Shown piece after piece: positions 35,925-46,454 of a stretch of DNA of 64,000 nt. The DNA lies in IMG/VR virus record IMGVR_UViG_3300030419_001717, positions 6,373 through 70,372 of that record, one strand, 5' to 3'. Positions within the stretch are counted from its first letter, which is position 1, and the number at the start of each line of letters is the position of its first letter. This DNA comes from a virus. The translations under genes and the position numbers were made by a program. Below the pieces are notes generated by a model. It saw only the letters and a program-made list of their open reading frames with translations, was not told the DNA's origin and ran no database searches.

Positions 35925-37424
35925 ATGAAGAACCCACCACAATCAGCAGGTAAAGAGTCGACTTACAAGTATGACACACCTAAAAAAGGTAAATTGAGAA
36001 TAATGCCTATATCTGATAGCTTATGGGCACCTACAGGTTTTGGAACAAATACTAAAAATGTTTCTGCCCTTTTAACTAAAGAAGGACACCATATAGGATA
36101 TGGAGGATGTCAGAACCCACAACATGTTCCTGCCGATATATATTGGCCTTTAGGGCAAGAGAAAGAGTATTATACAGTAGAAAACCTACCTATCATGCAT
36201 CCGGGCCAAGAGAAGTTCGGAGAGAAATCTTTCCCTACATGGATTGATAATTTTAAACCTCATGTTGTCTGGACACATTTAGATTTTCAAATGTTTCAAC
36301 ATGTAGCAGCATATAAAAACCCTGCACAAGCAAACGTTCCTTTGCACAATGAGAAAACTGGTAAACCATTGAGCACTAAAGAACAAAGAGATATGTTTAA
36401 ACAGATATACAGGGATATGAAGAAACGAAGTAAATGGAAGTGGGCAGCCACTATACCTTTCGACGGTACACCTTGTGTCACATCTTGGCAAGGATTATTA
36501 GACCATATAGATTATAAGATATGTATGTCTAGATATGGACAGATAGTTGCTAAAGAAGAATTTACAGGTTGTGAGAACACTGTTTATATACCTCATGGTG
36601 TAGATGCCAAAAATACTTTTAAACCTGTGATGAATCCTCGCTATGGTAAAGATACTTTAGAATCGTTAGTAGGAGATGCTTTTGTAGTTGGTTGTGTAGC
36701 ACGTAATCAACATAGAAAAAACATCCCTCAATTAATTAAAGGATTTAAAGAGTTTGTAGATAGAAATGATTTAACACCAAAAGATGTGAGATTAATATTA
36801 CACATGGATTGGAATGATGCAATGGGATGGAGATTCCCTAAATTTGCAGCACAATATGGATTAGAAGATTATTTATTACCACCTTTAATGGGTGTATTAG
36901 ATTTGGGTGAAGCTCTAACAGAAGAAGATATGGTACATCTTTATAATTGTATGGATGCTTTTGTATTACCTACAGCGGGTGAAGGATTTGGTATACCTAC
37001 CATTGAAGCTATGGCTTGTGGAGTACCACCATTAGTAACTAACTATACTACTGCATGGGAAATCATTAGAGAAGATGACCCTGAAACAGCAGATATACCC
37101 TTATACCCATTAGGTGGAGAACCTAAAGGTAATGAAAAAGAAAATGGTAGAGATAAGTTAATTGAAGAAGATATCTGTGAAGCAGGAATACTATTACCCT
37201 ACAAAGATATGTGGTGGGATACTCCTGCTAGAGCTGCTCCTCAAAGAGCGATATGTTCTGCTGTAGCTATAGCAGATGGTTTAGATTATTTATATCATAA
37301 CCCAGAGAAGAAATTAAAGATGGGTAAGGCCGCAAGAGCAAAAGCTCTTAAGGAATACGATTGGGAGCCAGTTGGTCAGAGATGGATTAAATTGGCTGAA
37401 CAATGGGAGAAAGAATGCATTTAG
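35925..37424 (+). CDS. GT4 (GT-B) glycosyltransferase
   Basis: PTGFG, IPHGVD, ARNQHRKN and EGFGIPTIEAMACG motifs. Confidence 0.92.
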   Translation: MKNPPQSAGKESTYKYDTPKKGKLRIMPISDSLWAPTGFGTNTKNVSALLTKEGHHIGYGGCQNPQHVPADIYWPLGQEKEYYTVENLPIMHPGQEKFGEKSFPTWIDNFKPHVVWTHLDFQMFQHVAAYKNPAQANVPLHNEKTGKPLSTKEQRDMFKQIYRDMKKRSKWKWAATIPFDGTPCVTSWQGLLDHIDYKICMSRYGQIVAKEEFTGCENTVYIPHGVDAKNTFKPVMNPRYGKDTLESLVGDAFVVGCVARNQHRKNIPQLIKGFKEFVDRNDLTPKDVRLILHMDWNDAMGWRFPKFAAQYGLEDYLLPPLMGVLDLGEALTEEDMVHLYNCMDAFVLPTAGEGFGIPTIEAMACGVPPLVTNYTTAWEIIREDDPETADIPLYPLGGEPKGNEKENGRDKLIEEDICEAGILLPYKDMWWDTPARAAPQRAICSAVAIADGLDYLYHNPEKKLKMGKAARAKALKEYDWEPVGQRWIKLAEQWEKECI

Positions 37425-37774
37425 TATTCGGGTTAGATGGAGTCATTTGTAAACCTGAAGATAAAATGTTGTGGAAACATTCACAACCTTTAATGAATGT
37501 AATCGAATTTATGCAATATATAAAGGGTAAAGGACATCATATCACTATATGGTGTGAACGCCCTAATACATTGGAAGTGAAGTTTATAACAGAACAGTGG
37601 TTGGAACTACAGCAGGTCCCTTATGATAGGTTATTATTTGATAAACCTAAGAGACCTATATATGTAGATGAAACACCACCAAATGCTAAGTATCATAAAT
37701 CTATAGGAGATAATGATATAATAGCAATGTTATTTGAGGAATGGAAAGAATGGATAACCACGCAAAAGGAATAG
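37415..37774 (+). CDS. HAD-like protein with a degenerate motif I
   Basis: FGLDGVI (canonical DxD is GxD here), WL....VPYDRLLFDKP, YVDE. Confidence 0.7.
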   Translation: MHLVFGLDGVICKPEDKMLWKHSQPLMNVIEFMQYIKGKGHHITIWCERPNTLEVKFITEQWLELQQVPYDRLLFDKPKRPIYVDETPPNAKYHKSIGDNDIIAMLFEEWKEWITTQKE

Positions 37775-38121
37775 GAGGAGTTGGCCCTCTAGTAAAAGTC
37801 ACATGGAATGACGCCGCCCAACAAATAAAAATACACGCTATTAATGGGGCAAACCCAGAAAAACATCTAGCAGTATGTGAGACTATAGGGGAACTGATAG
37901 TCAAAGACCGAAAAGCTTTAATACTGTGTCAGCATTGGTCTGATACTGATGGAATAGACATCTTAGCAATACCAAGAGATTGGTGTACAAAGATAGAAGT
38001 ATTAGAGAAAATAGGAGAAGGTATAATAGACCCAAGAGAAGAACTATGTATTTTAGAGAATTCGGAATCCCAGCAAGAATCGCCAAGTGTAAAACAGTCG
38101 AAGACATCGAAGAAAAGATAA
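37741..38121 (+). CDS. Small phage-type beta protein
   Basis: VKVTWNDA...CETIG.L...IPR.W..KIE.L. Confidence 0.6.
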   Translation: MERMDNHAKGIGGVGPLVKVTWNDAAQQIKIHAINGANPEKHLAVCETIGELIVKDRKALILCQHWSDTDGIDILAIPRDWCTKIEVLEKIGEGIIDPREELCILENSESQQESPSVKQSKTSKKR

Positions 38122-39110
38122 AGAAGTTTAGCGGAAAGAAAAACTGCTATTCGAGTGTGTATGTCTTCAGTGAAGAAAAGGATGATGGAAAAACAAACTA
38201 TGAGTCGGCTGTCCTTAATACCATATGGTTTGACTTTGACCATAATAAAGACGTTAAAAAATGTCTTATGGATGTTAGGAAATTTATAAGAAGATTTTGT
38301 AAACCTTTGGGAATAACTCCACGTATATATTTAACAGGGGGTAAGGGGTTTCAGATGAATATAGATTTCTGGACTTATGTAGATTTACCTAATCACCTTA
38401 AACGTAAAGCAATTAAAGAATATCTTTTACACTTAAAAAAGAAATATAAGTTATCTACACTAGATGAGATATGTGTTAATAATAGTGTGTCTTGTATGAG
38501 ACGTATAGTTAATACACCTTATATATCTAAGATTACAGGGGAACCTACTGGAGTTTGGTGTACACAGTTCCCAGTTCATGATATAATGAAATTAGATATC
38601 GAACAGTTATATGGTATGGCTATAGAGAGTAACTTCACAATACCTCCAGAAAAGAGTAAAAAGGCACAAAGAAACTTTGTAGAATTTGTGTGTGATATGT
38701 TAGAAGTTAAACATACTGTATCTAATAGTATAGATTATTTATTAAATGAAATAGAGAAAGCATCAGGCTCTATTAAGATAGGCTCTGATATAAGCAGTGA
38801 TTATATTAAGCCAGTAAGGAGATGCGTAATGGAGTTAATAGAGCTTAATATAGAGCGTGGACATAGCTCTCATGAACAGAACAATATAATAGCAACAGAG
38901 CTGGTAACAGCTGGATACAACAATAGAGACATTTACTTTATCTTTAACAGTATCTATAATGAGCCCGCAGGAGACTGGGGTTGGTATACTGATGACCCAA
39001 ACGTCGCAGGACGCCAAATTGACCTCATTAGGTCGAAAGCTTTAAATAGGTATTCGAGGGATAAGTTAATACAGTTAGGTATATGCACTGAAAAATGTGG
39101 GTGTGCTTAA
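38046..39110 (+). CDS. Archaeo-eukaryotic primase (PriS catalytic domain fused to a PriL/PriX-like C-terminus)
   Basis: REFG, FDFD, TGGKGFQ and RRIVNT motifs; C-terminal C..C.C. Confidence 0.88.
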   Translation: MYFREFGIPARIAKCKTVEDIEEKIKKFSGKKNCYSSVYVFSEEKDDGKTNYESAVLNTIWFDFDHNKDVKKCLMDVRKFIRRFCKPLGITPRIYLTGGKGFQMNIDFWTYVDLPNHLKRKAIKEYLLHLKKKYKLSTLDEICVNNSVSCMRRIVNTPYISKITGEPTGVWCTQFPVHDIMKLDIEQLYGMAIESNFTIPPEKSKKAQRNFVEFVCDMLEVKHTVSNSIDYLLNEIEKASGSIKIGSDISSDYIKPVRRCVMELIELNIERGHSSHEQNNIIATELVTAGYNNRDIYFIFNSIYNEPAGDWGWYTDDPNVAGRQIDLIRSKALNRYSRDKLIQLGICTEKCGCA

Positions 39111-39127
39111 TAAAGGAGAAATGAATA

Positions 39128-39511
39128 ATGGCAACATTAAAAAGAGTAGATAAGCGTTTGAACGAAGTAGAGCAATGGATAAAAGAGTTTGAAAAAGGTG
39201 CTGGTCCAACACAAACTATGGATAATATGAACTTCCTAGTTAGTCAGACCAGACAGTTGGGTGAAAGACTGCAAGGTGCAGATGGCCACATTAACGAACT
39301 CCGAGGAGCACTGGAACAAAATCAACAGATTTTACAACAGTTCTTGGAGAAAGAAGATATGGTCAAAGACTGGCAGTTCTTTATCAAGGAAAACTATAGT
39401 CCAGAAGAGGAAGATAACAATGCCGTTCAAGAGCAAAGCGCAGAGACGTTGGATGTACAAGAACAAGCCGGAGATGGCGAAGCAATGGGAGAAGGAGACT
39501 CCGAAGAGTAA
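39128..39511 (+). CDS. Coiled-coil hypothetical protein
   Basis: AGGAG SD; TATA CTTTAAATAG near 39040. Confidence 0.7.
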   Translation: MATLKRVDKRLNEVEQWIKEFEKGAGPTQTMDNMNFLVSQTRQLGERLQGADGHINELRGALEQNQQILQQFLEKEDMVKDWQFFIKENYSPEEEDNNAVQEQSAETLDVQEQAGDGEAMGEGDSEE

Positions 39512-39581
39512 TCTCCCTGAAAAAAGTACAAACAAACGTAGAAAGAAAAAACAAGCTAGACGTAGCGGGAAAAGTGATTAA
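39420..39581 (+). CDS. Small basic phage protein of the MPFKSKAQRRWM type
   Basis: GAGG SD before ATG 39420; recognisable MPFKS.AQRR.M...PE.A..W..ETP motif. Confidence 0.7.
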   Translation: MPFKSKAQRRWMYKNKPEMAKQWEKETPKSNLPEKSTNKRRKKKQARRSGKSD

Positions 39582-39583
39582 TC

Positions 39584-39997
39584 ATGGCAGATAAAAAAGC
39601 AGATAAAAAAGCTGACGCAAAAGCACCAGTCGAAAAGAAAGAAGAAGTCAAAGAGACTTTCGTTGAAGACCTAAGACCTGATGGTACGGTTGTTCTTCGA
39701 TATTCCGATGGTAGGGTAATTCCTAAGTAGGTGAATTATGGCAGCAAAAAAAGAAACAAAAAAAGAAGCTAAAAAGGCTGAGCCTGTAGCAATGGTCCTC
39801 GTTAAGAGATATGACCCAGTAACACAGAAACGATACAATAAAGAAGTTCCACGTGCAGAATACGAGGAAAACTCTATTGGTCCGTTCGCTGATGTTTTAG
39901 TAGAATGAGTATTCTAACTACTAATAGTCGTTGCGAGTGCAAGGAGGATGAGCCTTGCACTTGCGGCAAAAGAATTTTAACTGATTATAAAATTTAG
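39584..39997 (+). CDS. Three microproteins (39584-39730, 39738-39908, 39905-39997 with CxC..CxC)
   Basis: Two have K/A/E-rich N-termini; SD-like GTGA/GGTGA sequences and tight spacing. Confidence 0.6.
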
Positions 39998-40055
39998 AAA
40001 AAGGCTTTTATAGTAGCGTAAACTATAGTAATGAACCGCAAAAGGAGTGGTATAA

Positions 40056-41921
40056 ATGTTTAAAAACGAAGTAGCAGAATTTATATATAAAAGAACGTAT
40101 TCACGTTGGTTGGATGAAGAGAAAAGAAGAGAAGAATGGCCTGAAACTATTGAGAGATTTTTAAGTTTTATAATTTCAGAAAGGCCAGACATACCTGATA
40201 AAACCATAAATAAAATCAGGAAGTATATGACAGAGTTCGCAGTAATGCCCTCTATGAGATTTTTATGGGCAGCAGGTCCAGCTGCTAAGTTTGATAACAC
40301 ATGTATTTATAACTGCTCCTTTGCTAAAATAAATTGTGTTGAAGCATTCGCAGAATGTTTGTATATCCTGATGTGTGGAACTGGATTTGGTTTCTCTATA
40401 GAAAAAGAAGAAGTAGATAAACTACCAGAGATTCCTACCATTAAATCAGGTAGAGGACTAGATAAGATTCCTATCTTTGATTCAAAGGCAGGATGGGCAG
40501 ATTCAGTAAAGATGTTAATGAACCATCTATATGATGGTCAGAACATTTATTTTGATTATTCTCAAATTAGATTGGAGGGGGCTCGCCTACGCACAATGGG
40601 AGGACGTGCATCAGGACCAGCTCCTTTAATTAAGTTACATGATTTTATACGTGAGACTATGCACAATGCTCAGGGTAGGAAACTTACTACCTTAGAAGCT
40701 CATGACATATGTAACCAAATAGCAGAGATAGTAGTAGTGGGTGGTGTTAGACGTAGTTCACAAATATCTTTAAGTGATTTAAATGATAAAGAAATGCGTC
40801 ACGCAAAAGATTGGCCCTATCCTATCAAAAGAGCTATGGCAAACAACAGTGCTATATACAGAGAGAAACCATCAGCTGGTGAGTTCCTTAAAGAATGGGC
40901 AGCATTAGCTCTATCAGGCACAGGTGAAAGAGGTATATTTAATCTAGATGCAGCAAAGAAGAAAGCTCCATCACGCAGATATGCTCCATTAATCGAGGGC
41001 ACTAATCCTTGTGGCGAAATAATGCTTAGGGATATGGAGTTCTGTAATTTAAGTGAAGTGGTAGTTAGAGCTGAGGACGATTTAGACACCCTTTTAGATA
41101 AGGTAGAGACTGCTACATGGCTCGGTGTTATACAGAGCTCATTCACATACTTTCCCTACCTCCGAGAAACATGGAAAAAGAATTGTGACGTAGAAGCGCT
41201 TTTAGGCGTCAGTTTAACCGGTCAGATGGATAACCCCTCGGCATTGACTTCGGAGGCTTTAAAGGCCCTTAAAAGCCGTGTTTTGCGCATTTCTCGTAAA
41301 GCATCAGGAATACTCGGTACTAAAATGCCAGCAGCGACCACTTGTGTTAAACCCTCAGGCACAGTTTCACAGCTTGTAGATTCTGCGTCAGGTGTCCATC
41401 CTCGCTATTCAGAGTATTATATTAGAAGATATAGAATATCAAGTAATGACCCTCTATTCCAGTTAATGAAAGATAGTGGTATAAAAGCTAATCCAGAAGT
41501 AGGACAAGATAAAAAGAATGCATCTACATGGGTCTTAGAATTCCCAGTTAAATCACCTGAGGGTTGTATAACACGTAAAGATGTTACTGCTTTAGACCAA
41601 TTAAAACATTATAAAAACCTTCAACATAACTGGTGTGAACACAATGCGAGTATGACTGTGTATGTCAGAGATGATGAGTGGTTTGAGGTTGGTAATTGGG
41701 TGTATCAAAACTGGGATATTATTAACGGTGTCTCTTTTTTACCTTATGATGGGGGACATTATGAACTCGCTCCTTATGAGGAAATTGACCACAGAACTTA
41801 CGAAAGGCTTATAAAGAAGCTCCCCGTAGTTAATTATAAGTTGTTGTCTGACTACGAGATAAATGACAATACTCAGGGAAAAGCTGAGTATGCTTGTGTC
41901 GGCGACAAGTGTGAGATTTAA
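40056..41921 (+). CDS. nrdJ: Class II (adenosylcobalamin) ribonucleotide reductase
   Basis: YNC, GGVRRS, TNPCGEI, CNLSE, TCVKPSGT and C-terminal C....C; no small subunit nearby. Confidence 0.94.
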   Translation: MFKNEVAEFIYKRTYSRWLDEEKRREEWPETIERFLSFIISERPDIPDKTINKIRKYMTEFAVMPSMRFLWAAGPAAKFDNTCIYNCSFAKINCVEAFAECLYILMCGTGFGFSIEKEEVDKLPEIPTIKSGRGLDKIPIFDSKAGWADSVKMLMNHLYDGQNIYFDYSQIRLEGARLRTMGGRASGPAPLIKLHDFIRETMHNAQGRKLTTLEAHDICNQIAEIVVVGGVRRSSQISLSDLNDKEMRHAKDWPYPIKRAMANNSAIYREKPSAGEFLKEWAALALSGTGERGIFNLDAAKKKAPSRRYAPLIEGTNPCGEIMLRDMEFCNLSEVVVRAEDDLDTLLDKVETATWLGVIQSSFTYFPYLRETWKKNCDVEALLGVSLTGQMDNPSALTSEALKALKSRVLRISRKASGILGTKMPAATTCVKPSGTVSQLVDSASGVHPRYSEYYIRRYRISSNDPLFQLMKDSGIKANPEVGQDKKNASTWVLEFPVKSPEGCITRKDVTALDQLKHYKNLQHNWCEHNASMTVYVRDDEWFEVGNWVYQNWDIINGVSFLPYDGGHYELAPYEEIDHRTYERLIKKLPVVNYKLLSDYEINDNTQGKAEYACVGDKCEI

Positions 41922-41923
41922 AC

Positions 41924-42223
41924 ATGGGATGGAGCGACGCTACAGACATAACAGGATATGGCCGTAAGATGGGCCTTAACGCAGGTGGTAACGGAGAAGG
42001 TAGAATTGACCACCCAGTATATCTAGGTCCTAACGATGGACCAGATGGTGATGGACAATGGCAACCTGCTGGAACTGTAACATATAGAACTTTATACCCT
42101 GCAAATGGAGAATCAAGCGGAGGCATGGGTCAAGCTGGTAATGCTTGGGGTACAAACAGATTAAATAATGTATCAGGTTCAGGTGAACCACAAATTAATG
42201 ACGCTGCTTATCCTAAAGGTTAA
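41924..42223 (+). CDS. Gly/Asn-rich hypothetical protein
   Basis: 99-aa ORF. Confidence 0.65.
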   Translation: MGWSDATDITGYGRKMGLNAGGNGEGRIDHPVYLGPNDGPDGDGQWQPAGTVTYRTLYPANGESSGGMGQAGNAWGTNRLNNVSGSGEPQINDAAYPKG

Positions 42224-42225
42224 TT

Positions 42226-42336
42226 ATGGTAAAAAGGAATAAGAATGGAGTTCCTACAAAGAAACGTAAGAAACGTAGGATTAAAAAGGGAGAGAAAGCT
42301 TATCGTAAAAGAAATGGTAAACTCTCAAAGAAATAA
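42226..42336 (+). CDS. 36-aa very basic microprotein
   Basis: MVKRNKNGVPTKKRKKRRIKKGEKAYRKRNGKLSKK; its stop abuts the convergent stop at 42337. Confidence 0.55.
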   Translation: MVKRNKNGVPTKKRKKRRIKKGEKAYRKRNGKLSKK

Positions 42337-43389
42337 TTAATTATCACTATCAGCTATATATTCAGCCAATGTTGGTGGTTTCTTATTGATTGTGATACCT
42401 ACACTAAAAGAAGCAGGAGAGAAAGATATACTCTTTCCTACAACTCTATAGTTACCAGAGAAATCTCTATCATTAGTTTCTACTCTAATTACTTCATTCT
42501 CTGCTAAGTATGAACCTTCAGTAACTTCTAAAGCATATTCATATTGATTTTTTAAATTGGCTTCAAAAAGTTTACGACCAAAGTCTTTACACTCAGCTGG
42601 TGATGTTAGTTGGTTGTTATCTACTTCCATATAACTACTATCCAAAGCAGTGATAGCACTGTCATGAGTAAATGTTCCTTCAACACCATCCTTTCCTTTG
42701 ACTAAAATTATTGTAGGAATTTTCTTTTCGTTAATACTTAAGCTTACAATATTACTTTCTTCTGTGAATATATGTGATATTTGGGCAGTATCAACATCTG
42801 CTTCAGGTTCTATCACTAACTGAGAATTACTACCATCATCTACTAATTTATATAGATTAGGATGTGGTAAAGTTCCACTCTCGTCTACCGAATTGTAAAC
42901 CATTGTTTGAATAATATCTTGTAGTGTAACTCTTCCTCTAAAATTAAACCTACTTGCAGAAATACTAGGAGTAGTATTCCTAATAAAATCTGTTTTTAAT
43001 TTTGTATCTAACTTAGCTCTTTTAATAGCTTCTACTATAGCTGCTCCACTAGTATAACCATCTAAGTTATCTTGTCTAGTCAAAACTATTGAAGACTTTG
43101 TAGATTCTCCTCCTTTAACAGTATAACCTAAAGCATCCATAGCTAATATATCTATATCATTAAGTGTAGGTTGTGCTCTTCTTATCCAACCTCTAAAGAT
43201 AGGGGTACTATCCGCTTCATCTAAATATAAAAGGACTTCTTTATTCCATAACTTTTTATTTCCACCATATTGTAAAGGCATTGAGAATGTTAATTCAGCA
43301 GCTGTTCCACCACCAGCATATGTATAACTTCCTTCGAGATATTCTACATCTTTACCATCAATAGATATCTTAGGTGAAATCTTTTTCAT
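42337..43389 (-). CDS. Tail tip/baseplate hub-like protein
   Basis: IFRGWI...DILAMDAL and SGNYRV..KSISF patterns of hub (gpD/Tal-like) folds; last gene of the tail operon. Confidence 0.6.
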   Translation of the reverse strand: MKKISPKISIDGKDVEYLEGSYTYAGGGTAAELTFSMPLQYGGNKKLWNKEVLLYLDEADSTPIFRGWIRRAQPTLNDIDILAMDALGYTVKGGESTKSSIVLTRQDNLDGYTSGAAIVEAIKRAKLDTKLKTDFIRNTTPSISASRFNFRGRVTLQDIIQTMVYNSVDESGTLPHPNLYKLVDDGSNSQLVIEPEADVDTAQISHIFTEESNIVSLSINEKKIPTIILVKGKDGVEGTFTHDSAITALDSSYMEVDNNQLTSPAECKDFGRKLFEANLKNQYEYALEVTEGSYLAENEVIRVETNDRDFSGNYRVVGKSISFSPASFSVGITINKKPPTLAEYIADSDN

Positions 43390-46300
43390 CTTGTACTCCT
43401 CCTAGTGGGAAGATGTCAGTCATAAGATTACTGTTAGCATCAATCAAGGCTACCTCAGTTATAGTCATAGCGGCATCATATCCTACAACACCTGTAGCAC
43501 CTCCTACTCCAAAGTTTTCTGCTACTTCTGTTATTACTCCCCAGAAGCGAATGAAGGTACCATCTTTCTGTTGTTGGTCCCAATAAACAGGGACATTTTC
43601 AGCTTGTAGTTTTCTTACAGTATGTAGATGAGCATACAAATTATCTCCTGCAAAAGAATATCCTGTAGGTACTTGCCATGTATCACTAAAGGCTCTGGAA
43701 GTACCATCGGCGTTAAGCCTTTCTCCATCACCCAAAGCTACACTTGAAAAACCTATACTTCCCATTACATCACCAGTTCGAGCTATTATTGTTTTACCCT
43801 TTCGAGTTATAGCTTGATAATAAGCACCAGCTCTGGATATTCCTATATCACTGATAATTGGTAAAGAATTTAAATTAAATGCTGAATCGTCAACTTCGGT
43901 TACAACATCTTCATAAACTTGATTACCATCAAATATATTCCAAATTTCAGGGAATGCATCAGCGGCAGCAGCAGTTCCACTTACAGCTACTTTTAAAGCA
44001 AATAGGTCAGACGTGCCCCATGCGTCAAATAAATCTGTTTCTACAGTAGAACCTCCTGTGCTGTTAAATATAAACTCATTAGCAAAAGCCGCTCCAGCTC
44101 CTACTGGAACAAGACTAGATGTAGAAGTTCCATTAAATACTTTACTAAATCCATCTACTATATCATAAACATTGATTCTTCTAAGAGAACCAGTAATAGT
44201 TCCTGCGGGTTGAGTTGCTGTGGTAGAATCACCAAAGTGTAAATTTAAAATATTAGAGGAAGCTTTGTAGCCATCACTGGCCCCACTAGCTACCCAATAA
44301 AACCTTTGTGCTCCTGTACCTGTGTTGATAATAAATCCATACCTAAAAGCACCTATATCATTGTCTGTAAGATAATCTTCTATAGCAGCAGGATTACTAA
44401 TAGTCACTGGGTTTTGAGAACCATATCCAGTTACACTAGCAGATGTTCCACAAGTACCTGTAAGTGTTATATCATCGGCTCCTGCTACACTGTACGCTGA
44501 ACCGGGGGTTACACCACCATAAAGAGTTTTAAGACTACATGCGTCCCAGTCTAAGGGCATGTCAAAATTTAAAAACCCTGACTGAGATAAAGAATTACTT
44601 TGGTCTATTATCTTTTCATTTGTAGTGTCTTTGTAAGATAAAGAAACTTTAGTGGTATCTTCAAAGGGTACATTCTTCCACATAGCTTCTTGGTGTTTTG
44701 TTCCTGATTTTTCTAATGATAAGTAGGAAACACTTGCTATTTTCCATGGGGTAGTGAATGAAGTACCTGAAAGATTAGCGTTGATTAACCCATTAGCATA
44801 ATTATTTAAATTAAAAAATACTTTATTAGTTTTGCTAGGGAATAGTAGAAGGAAATATTGTAAGGGGTCATTTGTCCTATCAGTAGATTCATCGTTATAT
44901 TCATAATCTGCTTCATTCATACCACTAACACTAACCATAGTTCCTGAACCATTACGGAAAGCTTCTTCTGTATAATTCTTAGATATAACTGAAGTGTTAT
45001 TATCTATATTACAAATTGTTCTTTCACTAGCCCAGTCATAAGCTGGTTGCATCCAAAAGACATAGGGTTTATTATTATTGATAGAACTTGCAGTGTTAGC
45101 TGCGCTAGTTGCAGCAGGGTAAGTCGCACCAGAAGGTTCTGCTGACATTCTAGTTAAATGGTATTGGTCAGTGAATCTACCAAATTCATCAATAGTGAAC
45201 TGGTCTTCTCTATACTTTTGGTCCGTTACGTACCAATGAGCATCACTATCAGTTGTAAAAGCTACAGAAGGTGTACTTGCTCCACCTATAGTTCCTGACC
45301 CATTAAGTCCATCAGGTCTTATCATACCATAAGTATAAGCTACATTTCGCACTTCCTGAGAGCCACTAGTATCATTATTAAAGAAGAGATATTCATCACT
45401 GCTCGATGAACCACTAGTAACATTCCACTGATAAGCAGGGTTAAACCAAGCTTTTCCTACATCATATCTATAGTTTTTTAGAGCTACGTTGGAAGCTTTT
45501 GCTCTACTTTGGCTAAAGTCCATTGTTAAATAGCGCCTAGGGTCATCTGATGATTTAATAGGAGACCCAGCTGTTACATATGTAATAGGGTAATAATTGC
45601 CATCCTTACCAGCTACTACAATGAATATCTTTAAAAAGTTAAAAACATAATTTTTATCATAATCGTCATAAGTTGAACCAGAGTTTATTCCTCCGGAATT
45701 ATTTTCTATAGTGAGTTTTGGATTTTTATAAACTACTTTTAATATTCTACTAACCTGTCCTGCGGTTACATCTATATCTTCCAAACCAGAAGCTGTAGAA
45801 AAACTAGAACCGCTAAGAGTTTTAGTAATAACTTCTACCTTTTTACCAGCACCAACTACTGTAGTTGAATCAGTAGCATTAACCATTGTAGTATCTACTT
45901 CAGCTGTTATTTCTAGATTTACATGTTTAATTACAGCTAGGTTGCCTGAACTTAAGAAAGGAGCAATAACCATCTTTATATCTTTAGGTCCTTCTTTCTC
46001 AAAGATAGAGTTATCTATACCTGAATAAACAGATTTATTTTCTACCTTTAACACTCCTGTCGCTTGACCATCACTAACGGCCATCTCATTGATTTCAGCA
46101 CGAGTATTAAAAGGACTTGGTGCACCTCCCGCTGCCCCAGCACCATAATAGTTAGAGGCGAATCCTCTTGAATTAATGGTTTGAACTATAGGTTGAAAAG
46201 TGCCTGTAGCTGTGTAAGTATGTTTAGCTTGAAGAGACCCAGTAGCTTCTGTAGTCTCAATCCATTGGTAATTAGCATATCTTTTATCTCGTGAAAAACT

Positions 46301-46444
46301 TCCAGCGGGGTCTTGTCCATCTCCCCAATCAATATAAACTGCCCTTACATCATCATCTGTAAAATTTAAAGTTCCTGTTAGTTCTGTGAAAACATTAGCA
46401 GTATTGGCTGTAAGACCTCCCGTCCATACTAATCCTAAAGCCAT
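43370..46444 (-). CDS. Large tail protein with an N-terminal PKD-like domain
   Basis: IDWGDG...HTYTATGTF; S/T/G-rich. Confidence 0.7.
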   Translation of the reverse strand: MALGLVWTGGLTANTANVFTELTGTLNFTDDDVRAVYIDWGDGQDPAGSFSRDKRYANYQWIETTEATGSLQAKHTYTATGTFQPIVQTINSRGFASNYYGAGAAGGAPSPFNTRAEINEMAVSDGQATGVLKVENKSVYSGIDNSIFEKEGPKDIKMVIAPFLSSGNLAVIKHVNLEITAEVDTTMVNATDSTTVVGAGKKVEVITKTLSGSSFSTASGLEDIDVTAGQVSRILKVVYKNPKLTIENNSGGINSGSTYDDYDKNYVFNFLKIFIVVAGKDGNYYPITYVTAGSPIKSSDDPRRYLTMDFSQSRAKASNVALKNYRYDVGKAWFNPAYQWNVTSGSSSSDEYLFFNNDTSGSQEVRNVAYTYGMIRPDGLNGSGTIGGASTPSVAFTTDSDAHWYVTDQKYREDQFTIDEFGRFTDQYHLTRMSAEPSGATYPAATSAANTASSINNNKPYVFWMQPAYDWASERTICNIDNNTSVISKNYTEEAFRNGSGTMVSVSGMNEADYEYNDESTDRTNDPLQYFLLLFPSKTNKVFFNLNNYANGLINANLSGTSFTTPWKIASVSYLSLEKSGTKHQEAMWKNVPFEDTTKVSLSYKDTTNEKIIDQSNSLSQSGFLNFDMPLDWDACSLKTLYGGVTPGSAYSVAGADDITLTGTCGTSASVTGYGSQNPVTISNPAAIEDYLTDNDIGAFRYGFIINTGTGAQRFYWVASGASDGYKASSNILNLHFGDSTTATQPAGTITGSLRRINVYDIVDGFSKVFNGTSTSSLVPVGAGAAFANEFIFNSTGGSTVETDLFDAWGTSDLFALKVAVSGTAAAADAFPEIWNIFDGNQVYEDVVTEVDDSAFNLNSLPIISDIGISRAGAYYQAITRKGKTIIARTGDVMGSIGFSSVALGDGERLNADGTSRAFSDTWQVPTGYSFAGDNLYAHLHTVRKLQAENVPVYWDQQQKDGTFIRFWGVITEVAENFGVGGATGVVGYDAAMTITEVALIDANSNLMTDIFPLGGVQDEKDFT

Positions 46445-46454
46445 ACAACCTCCA

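Noticed and set aside
33404-41921. Inteins or introns in PolB, primase or RNR
   Set aside because: Protein lengths are compact and the motifs are contiguous.
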